Source of the DNA: Candidatus Caldarchaeales archaeon | GTDB lineage: Archaea > Thermoproteota > Nitrososphaeria_A > Caldarchaeales > Wolframiiraptoraceae | Assembly: GCA_039630055.1 (NCBI GenBank) | Contig: JBCNVN010000001.1 | Location: 128,001-192,000, forward strand | Reading direction: 5' to 3' | Length of the DNA: 64,000 nucleotides | Shown: positions 40,544 through 49,607 of the stretch, piece after piece | Numbering within the stretch: position 1 is the first letter of the stretch | Layout: the number at the start of each line of letters is the position of its first letter | Made by a program: the position numbers and the translations under genes | The notes under the pieces: model-generated | The model's input: the letters and a program-made list of their open reading frames with translations, nothing else | What the model was told of the DNA's origin: nothing | The model's database searches: none

Positions 40544-41038
40544 ATGACATGGGAGAAGTTGAAGAAGATCATAGATGATTTAAAAGAGAAGTTTGGAGAG
40601 AAACTTGAAGCAGAGCTATATGTTGAGAAGAGGATAGCCAAGATCGTGGTAAAACCAGAATCCTTGATAGAGGTCGCTAGATATCTTCGAGATGTGCATG
40701 GATTCGACCATGTCAAGGGAGTTACAGGTGTTGATCTAATAAAGTTGAAGGAGGGAGGGGGACCGTATATAGAAGTAATCTATCATCTTGGGTCTCTAAA
40801 CTCACCTGAACTCATAGATACGATAATGAACATTTCGATAAGATTAGATAGAGATAATCCTAAGACCAAGTCTCTGTATATGATCTGGCCTAGTGTTGAG
40901 TATCATGAGAGAGAAGTATATGAGATGCTGGGTGTAATCTTTGAAGACCATCCAAAACTTGAGAGACTTCTACTCCCCGAATACTGGATGGATATTCCTC
41001 CTCTTAGGAAAGAATACAAAATCCCGGGACGTGATTAG
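40544..41038 (+). CDS. nuoC: Complex I-like subunit C
   Basis: VTGVD, EREVYEMLGVIFEDHP, PLRKEY. Confidence 0.92.
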   Translation: MTWEKLKKIIDDLKEKFGEKLEAELYVEKRIAKIVVKPESLIEVARYLRDVHGFDHVKGVTGVDLIKLKEGGGPYIEVIYHLGSLNSPELIDTIMNISIRLDRDNPKTKSLYMIWPSVEYHEREVYEMLGVIFEDHPKLERLLLPEYWMDIPPLRKEYKIPGRD

Positions 41039-41040
41039 AT

Positions 41041-42261
41041 ATGGTGAGGGAAGAGAGGAAGATTGTTGAAGTATATGATACAGGAGGCCCAAGACTAACC
41101 TTCAGCTATGGCCCACAGCATCCTGGAACGGGACATTTTAGAATGATCGTGACCGTTAGCGGTGACACCGTTATAGATCTCGAACCTGATCCAGGTTTTG
41201 TCCATAGGGGTAAAGAGAAGATGGGTGAGTATAAGACTTGGATTACTAACATTCCACATCTAGAGAGACCTGCAATCCTCGATGCAGCAGGAATGATCAT
41301 ACCCTACTGTATTACCGTGGAGAAGCTTATGGGGGTCGAGATACCTGAGAGGGCAAAGTATCTTAGAACTATTGTAGCTGAATTGGATCGAATTGCAAGC
41401 CATCTCTACTGGTTCTCGCTGTACGGAGTATTTCTAGGACATACAACCATGTTTCTATGGTGTGTAACTGATAGAGAGTACATTGTTGATTTAGCTCAAT
41501 TGATAACTGGGCAGAGGTTTACTCATGCATACCCCGTGCCTGGAGGGGTGAGAAATGATGCTCCGAAAAATGTTCCGAGAGAGCTTATCAAAGAATTCAA
41601 GCTATACTATTCTAGACTTCTTGGTAGAGAGCCTAAGTCAGAAGAGCTTAATGAGGACTTCAAGAAATATCTGATGGCTGTTACAGACATGATGGATCAT
41701 AGGCTTGAACACTACAATAACATGCTATTTAATAGTGAGATATTTATTGAGAGGACGCGTAATGTAGGCGTATTGAAAAGAGAAGATGCGATTAGGCTCG
41801 GTGTAACCGGCATAACTCTTAGAGCATCTAATGTAAAATATGATACTAGGATAATCGATCCATATGATGCCTATCCCTATCTAAATTTTGATATACCTGT
41901 AAGGACTGAGGGAGACTGTTATGCTAGAGCTATGGTTGGATTCCAGGAGATCAGGGAGAGCCTCAAGATCATTAGACAGGCTGTAGAGCAGATGCCTGAT
42001 GGACCTGTAAAGCTTAAGCAGCATCCACTAGTTATCAAGGTCCCCAAAGGTGAATCTATTGGAAGAGCTGAAGCAGCAAGAGGAGAATTAATCTACTATA
42101 TAGTTAGCGATGGAACAGATAGACCATATAGGCTTAGAATGATAACCCCTAGCTTTAGACTACTTCCAGCTCTAAAACATCTAACCATCGGTAAGAGGAT
42201 TGCAGATATACCGCCAACCTATTGGAGCTTAAACTATTGGCCAGTAGAAGCAGATAGATAG
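41041..42261 (+). CDS. nuoD: Complex I-like subunit D
   Basis: GPQHP, HRGKEK, ELDRIASH, PGGVR, GDCYAR, EAARGE, PVEADR. No NiFe CxxC motifs. Confidence 0.93.
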   Translation: MVREERKIVEVYDTGGPRLTFSYGPQHPGTGHFRMIVTVSGDTVIDLEPDPGFVHRGKEKMGEYKTWITNIPHLERPAILDAAGMIIPYCITVEKLMGVEIPERAKYLRTIVAELDRIASHLYWFSLYGVFLGHTTMFLWCVTDREYIVDLAQLITGQRFTHAYPVPGGVRNDAPKNVPRELIKEFKLYYSRLLGREPKSEELNEDFKKYLMAVTDMMDHRLEHYNNMLFNSEIFIERTRNVGVLKREDAIRLGVTGITLRASNVKYDTRIIDPYDAYPYLNFDIPVRTEGDCYARAMVGFQEIRESLKIIRQAVEQMPDGPVKLKQHPLVIKVPKGESIGRAEAARGELIYYIVSDGTDRPYRLRMITPSFRLLPALKHLTIGKRIADIPPTYWSLNYWPVEADR

Positions 42262-42534
42262 TTCTCCATACTCTCTAATATTTTTCTCCCTACAAGAAAA
42301 GTATCGACCTTTCAAAATCTTCAAGACCTAAACTCAGAGTTTATGGATATTAATTTTTATACGGTCCTAAGCTATGGATTCCTATTCCCACTGAGAACTA
42401 CTGTCCAAAAATCGTTACATCAAGCTCTTTTCCAGGTAAAACTTTAAGATAAACTATCAAGCCTAGTTAAAATCTATGAAAGACGAGATAGTTCTAGATA
42501 TGATAATCTAAAATATCTAAGTTTTATTGATATG

Positions 42535-42659
42535 TAGCCCGGGCCGGATTCGAACCGGCGTCCCCGGGTATCTTCTCTCAGCGGCCGATGATCCAAAGCC
42601 CAGGATCCATGGCCCCCTATCCTTCCGACCAGCTTGTTTGGCCGCTAGACGACCGGGCT
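42535..42659 (-). tRNA. tRNA-Gln(TTG) with two introns (D-loop about 42609-42637, 29 nt; 37/38 about 42570-42592, 23 nt)
   Basis: AGCCCGG/CCGGGCT acceptor with A73, D-arm GTCTAGCGGCCAA^GGAT, CTGGG-CT-TTG-G^A-CCCGG, T-arm GCCGGTTCGAATCCGGC. Confidence 0.9.
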
Positions 42660-42845
42660 CCACATCTAACAATCTAATGGTAGTTTTTGTATTTTTTGCT
42701 CTCTCAAATAATAGAAAGGAGACTCGATCTCTTTTAATCTATAAAGACTGAGATCATCCAACTTTTAACATATCTGTAAACCTCTCTTCTCAATGATACC
42801 GACCCCCATGATTTATATATGTGGAAGAATCCTTTTTGATCTAGA

Positions 42846-43175
42846 ATGAGTGGCAAATCTATATCTTCAACTATATCGATGCTCGAACTCTTCGAGAAGA
42901 AGATAGATGAGCTAATATCTGAGAGTCAGGTTTTTAGAGACAGGATACTTGGGATAGCTGAAGAAGAATCCATAAAGATTAGAGAGAAGATAATCGCTGA
43001 GATTAGAGTTGAGATCGAGGAAAGTTTAAAAAAAGTTGAAGAAGAGGCTCAGAGAAAAGCTGATGAGATGCTAAAGAAAGCAGGTGAAGAAGCTGAGATG
43101 ATAAAGAAGAAGCTTGAAGAAAGATTGGAAGAAGTAGTCGGCAAGGTTTTAAAGATGGTGCTTGGAGAATTATAG
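42846..43175 (+). CDS. A/V-type ATP synthase subunit H/G-like stalk protein
   Basis: E/K-rich coiled coil of about 109 aa, coupled to subunit C gene. Confidence 0.65.
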   Translation: MSGKSISSTISMLELFEKKIDELISESQVFRDRILGIAEEESIKIREKIIAEIRVEIEESLKKVEEEAQRKADEMLKKAGEEAEMIKKKLEERLEEVVGKVLKMVLGEL

Positions 43176-43177
43176 AG

Positions 43178-44239
43178 ATGTCTAGTGTTAAGCTGGGTAA
43201 ATACTATTCGATAGCCCGCTCATATGCTCTGAAGGGAATGCTTTTAGAATTCTCCATATATGAAGACCTGGCCCGATCAAAGAACTTGGAAGAGTTCGTA
43301 GATAGATTGAGGACGACAGTCTACGGTCAAGCTCTAACAGAGGCTCCAAAGCCTCTGAATTCAGAGAACTTAGAAAAGATCTTTGAGAGGGACCTGATAG
43401 ATGTAGAGTATTCTCTAATCAGATACATGTCTAAAGCAAAATTTTTAGAAACCTATTTTCTCCGATATGCCTATAAGAATCTAAAACTGATCTTAAAAGC
43501 AAAGGCTCAATTAACCACCTATGAAGAGGTATATTCAAAGATCAATCTTAGAGCAGAGGAGCATCTAAGAATAAGAGACCTAATAGTAAAAGCATTAGCT
43601 GAAAAAGATTTGGAGACTGCTATCAAAACCCTCGAGGGAACGCCTATCTATAGAGATCTAGAGTTCGCCTTGGAGGTTTATGGAAGAGAGAAAGATCTCC
43701 AAGTATTTGAGACATCTCTAGATAGATCATTCTATGAGAATCTTCTCCAATCTATTAAATTTGTGGATAGAGATGAGAAGAAGCCTTTAAAGTCGTTGAT
43801 AGCCTACGAGATAGATGGATATCTTGTTACGACCGCCTTAAGATCAAGATTCTGGAATCTTACTCCAGCTGAAACTAGAAGATTCATGATCCAAAGTGGA
43901 ATAAAACTCGATAGTAAAAAGCTTGAGAGAATGATACAGGCAACTAAGATAGATGAGGTTCTAATGGTTTTGGAGGATACTGACTACCAGCGTATTATAG
44001 GCATGGTGGACCCCTCCCAGATACTAAAGACTATAAACATCGTAGATTCATGGTTTAGAGAAGAATTGATAAAGAGAGCGAAGAGAACTTTCTTAGAGAA
44101 TATCTTCAGCCAAGCCGTCGTCTATTCCTTCATTAAGCTTAAAGAGATAGAGGTTAGAAATCTATCAGCATTGGCCTTCGGAATAGAGTACGGCCTACCT
44201 CCATCAGAGATACTCGCAAACGTGAAGAGGGTAATTTAA
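43178..44239 (+). CDS. atpC: A/V-type ATP synthase subunit C (AC39 family)
   Basis: ARSYALKGMLL, NLKLILKAK, LDRSFYE, KEIEVRNLSALAFGIEYGL. Confidence 0.85.
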   Translation: MSSVKLGKYYSIARSYALKGMLLEFSIYEDLARSKNLEEFVDRLRTTVYGQALTEAPKPLNSENLEKIFERDLIDVEYSLIRYMSKAKFLETYFLRYAYKNLKLILKAKAQLTTYEEVYSKINLRAEEHLRIRDLIVKALAEKDLETAIKTLEGTPIYRDLEFALEVYGREKDLQVFETSLDRSFYENLLQSIKFVDRDEKKPLKSLIAYEIDGYLVTTALRSRFWNLTPAETRRFMIQSGIKLDSKKLERMIQATKIDEVLMVLEDTDYQRIIGMVDPSQILKTINIVDSWFREELIKRAKRTFLENIFSQAVVYSFIKLKEIEVRNLSALAFGIEYGLPPSEILANVKRVI

Positions 44240-44265
44240 AGAGAACTAAAACCTCCGATTCCGAA

Positions 44266-44478
44266 ATGAAGCGTATTTACAAGGTAGTTGTCTGTAAAAA
44301 TTGTGGGCATATGCAGATAACCTCTGCAAAAGATACTTATAGATGCTTCAAATGTAATCAGGTCGTTAAAATAGATATTGATAATGTTTTATTCAAGTCT
44401 ATAGACCCATCTAAAGCAAGGGAGAGATTGATCTCACTTAAATCACCTAAAGATAATGATAAGAAGATGAGCCTCTAG
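44266..44478 (+). CDS. Small Zn-ribbon protein (DUF1922-like)
   Basis: CKNCG...CFKC. Confidence 0.65.
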   Translation: MKRIYKVVVCKNCGHMQITSAKDTYRCFKCNQVVKIDIDNVLFKSIDPSKARERLISLKSPKDNDKKMSL

Positions 44479-44572
44479 TCATCTGAGATTATCAAAGACC
44501 AGATTATTAAAGAGAGATATAGATATATTCTTTTTAATTACTTCTTATCTTAAGTTTGTAGAGTGTCCGTGT

Positions 44573-44773
44573 ATGAGGCTCGATTGGACGAAGCTGATAC
44601 CTAAGCCTAGGTCCGCATTCCTACTAGTACAATGTAATGAGTGCGGACATAAACAAGTAGTCTTCGATTGTGCAAAATCCGAGGTACCATGTCAAGTATG
44701 TGGAGCAGTTATAGCGAAGCCTAAAGGTGGGAAAGCAGAAATCCTAGGTAAAGTGGTTGATAGATATGGCTGA
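44573..44773 (+). CDS. rps27e: 30S ribosomal protein S27e
   Basis: IPKPRSAFLLVQCNECG..VF...CQVCG..AKPKGGKA. Confidence 0.96.
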   Translation: MRLDWTKLIPKPRSAFLLVQCNECGHKQVVFDCAKSEVPCQVCGAVIAKPKGGKAEILGKVVDRYG

Positions 44774-45560
44774 GCTAGAATCTCGTGAAGAGCCATCAGT
44801 CGGAGAAGCAGTTATCGGAATAGTGAAGACTGTGGATAAATTTGGAGTATATGTAAGTTTACTGGATTATCCTAGTTGGGAAGGATTCACCCATGTTTCA
44901 GAGATCTCCCTAAAATGGATTAGGAACATTAGAGAATATTTGAGGGAAGGTCAGAAAGAAGTATTCAAGATAATTAGGGTTAATCCACATCTACGTCAAG
45001 TAGACCTCTCATTGAGAAGGGTTGAGAAGAGGGAGAGAGAACAGAAGCTCCTAGACTGGAAGAGGGGGGAGAAGGCTCTACGTGTAATAAAAATACTAGC
45101 AGAGAAGACAGGGGTAAGTATAGATGAGTTAAAGAAGAAGATCGTTGAACCTGTCTCCAGTAGAGGTTTAAAGCTTTATGATTTTTTCCTTGAAGTACTG
45201 GAGTCTGAGACTCTACCTGAATGGCTTAAACTAGATGAGAACATAAGAAGCAAGCTTATTGAGATCGTTAAACAAGAAGTCAGACTAAAGAAGGTGGTCC
45301 TCAGAGGAGAGATAATACTAAGTTGTAGAAGGGGAGATGGTGTCGATTATATAAGAAAAGCTATTGAGGAAGGATTGAAACTGGCTGAGAGAGGGGAATC
45401 GGTCAGTATAACGACGAAGGGATCTCCAAGATACATGATAAGAGTAGAAGCAGATATAGAGGATAGAGCGAGACAGTTACTGAAAGATGTAGCAGAGAAA
45501 TGTATAGAGGTAATTAGAAGATATGGAGGTACCGGGGAGATGGTGGGGAAAGAAAGTTGA
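44766..45560 (+). CDS. eif2a: Translation initiation factor 2 alpha subunit
   Basis: S1 domain GVYVSLLDY..EGFTHVSEIS..WIRNIR, VDLSLRRV, GSPRY. Confidence 0.94.
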   Translation: MAELESREEPSVGEAVIGIVKTVDKFGVYVSLLDYPSWEGFTHVSEISLKWIRNIREYLREGQKEVFKIIRVNPHLRQVDLSLRRVEKREREQKLLDWKRGEKALRVIKILAEKTGVSIDELKKKIVEPVSSRGLKLYDFFLEVLESETLPEWLKLDENIRSKLIEIVKQEVRLKKVVLRGEIILSCRRGDGVDYIRKAIEEGLKLAERGESVSITTKGSPRYMIRVEADIEDRARQLLKDVAEKCIEVIRRYGGTGEMVGKES

Positions 45561-45730
45561 GATCACTTATAAAAAAATGTTCGAGATGTGGAAGATATAC
45601 TATGAGAGATGATAAGTGTCCTTACTGTGGTGGAGAGGTTAGGTCAGCCCACCCTCTAAACATATCCTTAGACCATAGATATCTTTCTATGATAATTAAT
45701 GCTCGGAAATCGGCTGTTGAACGGAAATAA
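45557..45730 (+). CDS. nop10: H/ACA RNP protein Nop10
   Basis: Hand translation from TTG overlapping the eif2a stop: MRSLIKKCSRCGRYTMRDDKCPYCGGEVRSAHP...; conserved gene order. Confidence 0.9.
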   Translation: MRSLIKKCSRCGRYTMRDDKCPYCGGEVRSAHPLNISLDHRYLSMIINARKSAVERK

Positions 45731-46000
45731 GAGCAAAACTTAAAAATATTGTAATCAAGATAGGAAATGAATTATAAACTATAAAAGGAAGCTATGGAGT
45801 GTAAACGGGTTGTTAGACGGAAACTCCCAGGAAATCTACGGTAGATTCTCCTCTCCAAAGACGGTATTTAAAATATCTAGGTTAGTTTTCCTTGAAGAGT
45901 ATATAACTTGACACGTCTCCATATTCTTCAATATAAAGGAAGTTTATAGGATACTGGGACAAGTTAATAACTAAGGAGTACTGTTTAAAGTTGGGAGATA

Positions 46001-46795
46001 ATGGTTCAGAATAGATGGAGGTTTAATCAGCTCGAAGACTCTAAGATCTTCTTGACTAGAGAAGGGGAAAAGGCAGATCTAAGAAACTCCTACTTGATCG
46101 AGTCTTCTCCAAGTCCAGGTGCAGCTGGATTCATCGCCTTGATGCATCTAATCGACCTTCTTAAACCTGTGAAAATAGGTGAAGTAAGATCTCCACACTT
46201 TCCACAGATTAGTATTGTTGATGAAAATGGGGTGGCGACATTACCCAAGATCGAGCTATACTTCTTTAACGGAGAAGTTAAACTATTGTTTATGGTGAGA
46301 AACTTCCCGATAGAGAGTAGTGAAGGCTGCTATCATGTTTCGAGAAAGCTTTATGATTTCTTTAAATCTCGAGGGGTTAAAGCTTACTATGCATTGGCTA
46401 GCTCAAGGATTCTAGGAGAACCAATAGTTTACGTCGCCTCTACTAGTATAGCCCATGCAAAAAACTTGCTCGATGCAGGTGCAAAGCTATCCCCAAACCT
46501 TGACACTCTACCAATCGATAAATTCACGGCCCAGATGCTCTCCTTCTTCACCAGATCCGATGAAAATGCCTTTCTACTAATCTCTGAAGTCTACTCTTAT
46601 CTTCCAGACCCTGCTGCTGCAAAACGCCTACTTGAAGTCTTGTCTAGAGCTTTGAAGTTCAACGTGGATATGGAGAAGCTTGATAGAGAGATAGAAAAGC
46701 AGAGGAAGATGATTGAAGAGTTCCAGAGAGGATTTAGTCGTATAATTCCAGAGAAAGAAGAAGAGCCTAGTAAAGAACCCTTCTATATAGGTTAG
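46001..46795 (+). CDS. PAC2-family protein (second paralogue, nop10-linked type)
   Basis: PGAAGFIA..HL, SPHFPQ, PDPAAAKRLL, C-terminal FYIG. Confidence 0.82.
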   Translation: MVQNRWRFNQLEDSKIFLTREGEKADLRNSYLIESSPSPGAAGFIALMHLIDLLKPVKIGEVRSPHFPQISIVDENGVATLPKIELYFFNGEVKLLFMVRNFPIESSEGCYHVSRKLYDFFKSRGVKAYYALASSRILGEPIVYVASTSIAHAKNLLDAGAKLSPNLDTLPIDKFTAQMLSFFTRSDENAFLLISEVYSYLPDPAAAKRLLEVLSRALKFNVDMEKLDREIEKQRKMIEEFQRGFSRIIPEKEEEPSKEPFYIG

Positions 46796-46805
46796 AATCT
46801 CTCTA

Positions 46806-48890
46806 TCAATCTACTATCTCGTAGATATAGATGTATGCAAAACTGCTGTAAGGCTCGCTAGATCCATAGATGAGTAAGAAGTGATTTAGAGTAGAAGGCT
46901 GATAGACGTGTCCTGTAACACCCGAGTAGACTTGTTGAGGCTTGTAGGGTATAAGCTGACCGAGAAGAGTCTCTGACCAGAATTTGCTTGTAGGATTTCC
47001 CCGCTCATCGAGATAATCCTCCTCATTAAATTGGTAGCCCACCTGTTTGGCAATCCTCAGCATCCAGATCCATTTCGCCTCATCACCATATCCCAATAGG
47101 GTTGGAATGCTTCCAGAGGCTCCAGCCCTCCCTCCATGGGTTACGAATATCAAGACATGTGTTGCTCCAAGCTTCTTAAATACTCTGTAAGCAGTCTCTT
47201 CGTCAGACATGAATGCATAGGCTACCTCTCCGATATGAGTAGTGTTCAACGTTGCATTATCAACCAAGCTGGTATGGTTTCCTAAGATGGTTATCCAGTA
47301 TCCATAATCCCACCATGAAGCTACCACGGCATCGTTTGGAAGATTATCTCTCATCCAGCTTAATGCTCTAAGCCAGTCTGCAATACTTGATTTGACCGGT
47401 AAGCTTGAAGATACAACGGTAGGTGGAGAGTATCCTGCATCTATAGCTGAGATAGAGTATCTGAAGCCGTAGACGGCTGGAACAAGATTAACGGTCAAGA
47501 GTATCGTAATGATTATAGGGGTCAGAATATAGTATTCTACACCTATACTTCTCACTTTCTCCTTCTTTGAATATGTTACTCTAATGTTGTGGGCGAGACC
47601 TCTAAATATCTCGGCTAAACCATATCCGGCTACGATAGCTATAGCTGGAGCTGCCAAGATCGTTAATCTCACCATCGTTGAAGCAAAGTAGATGACGAAT
47701 AATGTCAGTAGCACCATGAATATATCTATATCCTCTCTTCTCTTCAATAGATAGTATACTCCTGCTGGAAGTAGGAATAGTTTGAAGCCTGCATCAGAGA
47801 ATAGTACGGCCCAGGTAGATATCTGGTTTTCTGCAACAGATATAACGATTGGAAGCGTAGATCTTAAGGTTGGGACAACGGTGCTGAGGAATTTAAGCCC
47901 TGGAAGTCCGAGACTACCTATAGAGACCAGCGATACTAAAGCTATTAAACCACCTATCAAAACATAGTGTGGGAGATTCCCGAGAAGATTCGGTCTAAGT
48001 TTTCTTACCTCAAATGAGGTCAAGTATATGAAGACAGCGATAGAAGTAATGACCGTTGCTTCTCTGAGAAAGTCAAGTCCGAGTTTAGGCACCATTACAG
48101 CTATAGAGGTATATAGAAGAGCTGTAATAGAGTATGAGACTAGAAGCTTCCTCCTATATCTACCGATTAAAGCTATAAAACCTGTGAATATAGGTATAAA
48201 CATGATTGGAAATCTGGAGGCACCCCAGCTTGCTGTAACATAGCCTAGAGAGACCCCGCTGATTATCGAGTAGATTATGAGGCTCCTCCAGCTTCTATCC
48301 TTCTTGATCGCTAAGAGATATGTGAGGAACCCGAGCATCATAAATGGGATGCTCACGCTCTCATCATCAAACCAGCCGAGATGGGTTCTACCTATACTTG
48401 CATTGCTCAAGGCCATTAGGAAGCCGGCAAAGAATCCCGTGGGCTTCCCTCCCAACTCTCTACCTAGTAAGAAGGCCAAGAAGACTGCTAATGTACCCAT
48501 TATTGGAGGTAGGAAGGAGGCAAGTTCAAGTGGATCTACATGGAACCCCACACCATTGATTAGATGGTAGATGAACGCGGCTAGGAATGGTAATCCTGGA
48601 AAGGCAGTTTTACCTACATCCCTACCATATGGATACCATGATTCATAATCATGCCATCTGGAGAACTCTAGGAATCCACTCCAACCTCTCTCTACTACAT
48701 ACATCATCTCTCTATACTGCATCCATGGATCGAACTCGCTCAAGTATAGGCCCCATCTTAGAGGAAGTATCCTGACAAAGAACGCTATACATAGTATTAA
48801 AAACAATATCGTTACCTCGATAAATATTGATCTCCCTTGGAAAACTCTTCTAATAGAGCTGATTATCCACCTTCTCCTCATCCTATCCAT
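46806..48890 (-). CDS. aglB: Oligosaccharyltransferase AglB (STT3 family)
   Basis: EFDPW, WYPYGR, GWFDDE, SVAENQ, WWDYGYWI, DNAT, many TM helices. Confidence 0.95.
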   Translation of the reverse strand: MDRMRRRWIISSIRRVFQGRSIFIEVTILFLILCIAFFVRILPLRWGLYLSEFDPWMQYREMMYVVERGWSGFLEFSRWHDYESWYPYGRDVGKTAFPGLPFLAAFIYHLINGVGFHVDPLELASFLPPIMGTLAVFLAFLLGRELGGKPTGFFAGFLMALSNASIGRTHLGWFDDESVSIPFMMLGFLTYLLAIKKDRSWRSLIIYSIISGVSLGYVTASWGASRFPIMFIPIFTGFIALIGRYRRKLLVSYSITALLYTSIAVMVPKLGLDFLREATVITSIAVFIYLTSFEVRKLRPNLLGNLPHYVLIGGLIALVSLVSIGSLGLPGLKFLSTVVPTLRSTLPIVISVAENQISTWAVLFSDAGFKLFLLPAGVYYLLKRREDIDIFMVLLTLFVIYFASTMVRLTILAAPAIAIVAGYGLAEIFRGLAHNIRVTYSKKEKVRSIGVEYYILTPIIITILLTVNLVPAVYGFRYSISAIDAGYSPPTVVSSSLPVKSSIADWLRALSWMRDNLPNDAVVASWWDYGYWITILGNHTSLVDNATLNTTHIGEVAYAFMSDEETAYRVFKKLGATHVLIFVTHGGRAGASGSIPTLLGYGDEAKWIWMLRIAKQVGYQFNEEDYLDERGNPTSKFWSETLLGQLIPYKPQQVYSGVTGHVYQPSTLNHFLLIYGSSEPYSSFAYIYIYEIVD

Positions 48891-49169
48891 TAAACATTCG
48901 ATCGAGAATCCACGTATTTAACATTTTGTGCTAAATTATCGAAGCCTAATCTAAAACTATCTAGATAGATTCAAAATAGATATTGTAAATTCTATTTTAA
49001 TCATGAACTGTAGGGTTGGGAGTTTTCAAAAATGGGAACATTATCTGGAAGGAAGATCTAACTGATCATATTAAAAGTAGATGTATCGTGGGTATCCTAT
49101 CTTTGTCCTAATCTATACTGTAGATAAAGTGCAAGAAGTGCTAATGCAAAGATTATTACTGTAAATAGG

Positions 49170-49607
49170 TTAATCAGCTCCATTATTACCAATCTCCTTT
49201 GGTCTCGCTTTACTGAGTCTTGAGAGGATCAACAATAATACGATTAGTGTTGCTAGCATGATCCCTAGAATTGCGGAGTAAGCTTCTACTGGTAGATAGC
49301 TATACACAGTCATTGTAACAATACTGGTAGAGATGATGGTAGTCGTTCTTAGCAGTAGCAATGTATCGGTCTTGAATAGGGTTGAGAATTCTGTAATAGT
49401 CTCCACCATCGTAATATATTCTCTAACTATCTTTGTAGTTGTCAAAGTAATTGGAGCGCCAGTATAAGTATACACTGTCTCTGTAATGGTAGGATTGTCG
49501 TTTAGATAATCTTTCACATCTGCTCTAGTAGTATTTGACAAAACGCCTAAAGACAATATCAATAATAATAACAGTATAGACAATCTACTCTTCAATAGAT
49601 CCATCAC
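49170..49607 (-). CDS. Secreted Thr-rich protein with C-terminal membrane anchor
   Basis: N-terminal hydrophobic signal, Thr-rich core, C-terminal TM followed by basic residues. Confidence 0.65.
   Translation of the reverse strand: MMDLLKSRLSILLLLLILSLGVLSNTTRADVKDYLNDNPTITETVYTYTGAPITLTTTKIVREYITMVETITEFSTLFKTDTLLLLRTTTIISTSIVTMTVYSYLPVEAYSAILGIMLATLIVLLLILSRLSKARPKEIGNNGAD

Noticed and set aside
41041-42261. Group 4 [NiFe]-hydrogenase large subunit
   Set aside because: No N- or C-terminal CxxC nickel ligands, so it is NuoD-like.
2340-42700. Integrated elements at the two tRNA genes
   Set aside because: No integrase, no duplicated tRNA ends (att sites), and housekeeping genes on both sides.
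42527-42751. 74-aa ORF on + strand
   Set aside because: Antisense to the tRNA-Gln gene.
49000-49070. Possible C/D box sRNA (ATGAAC...CTGA) upstream of aglB
   Set aside because: No proper RTGATGA box C, C'/D' boxes or terminal stem.
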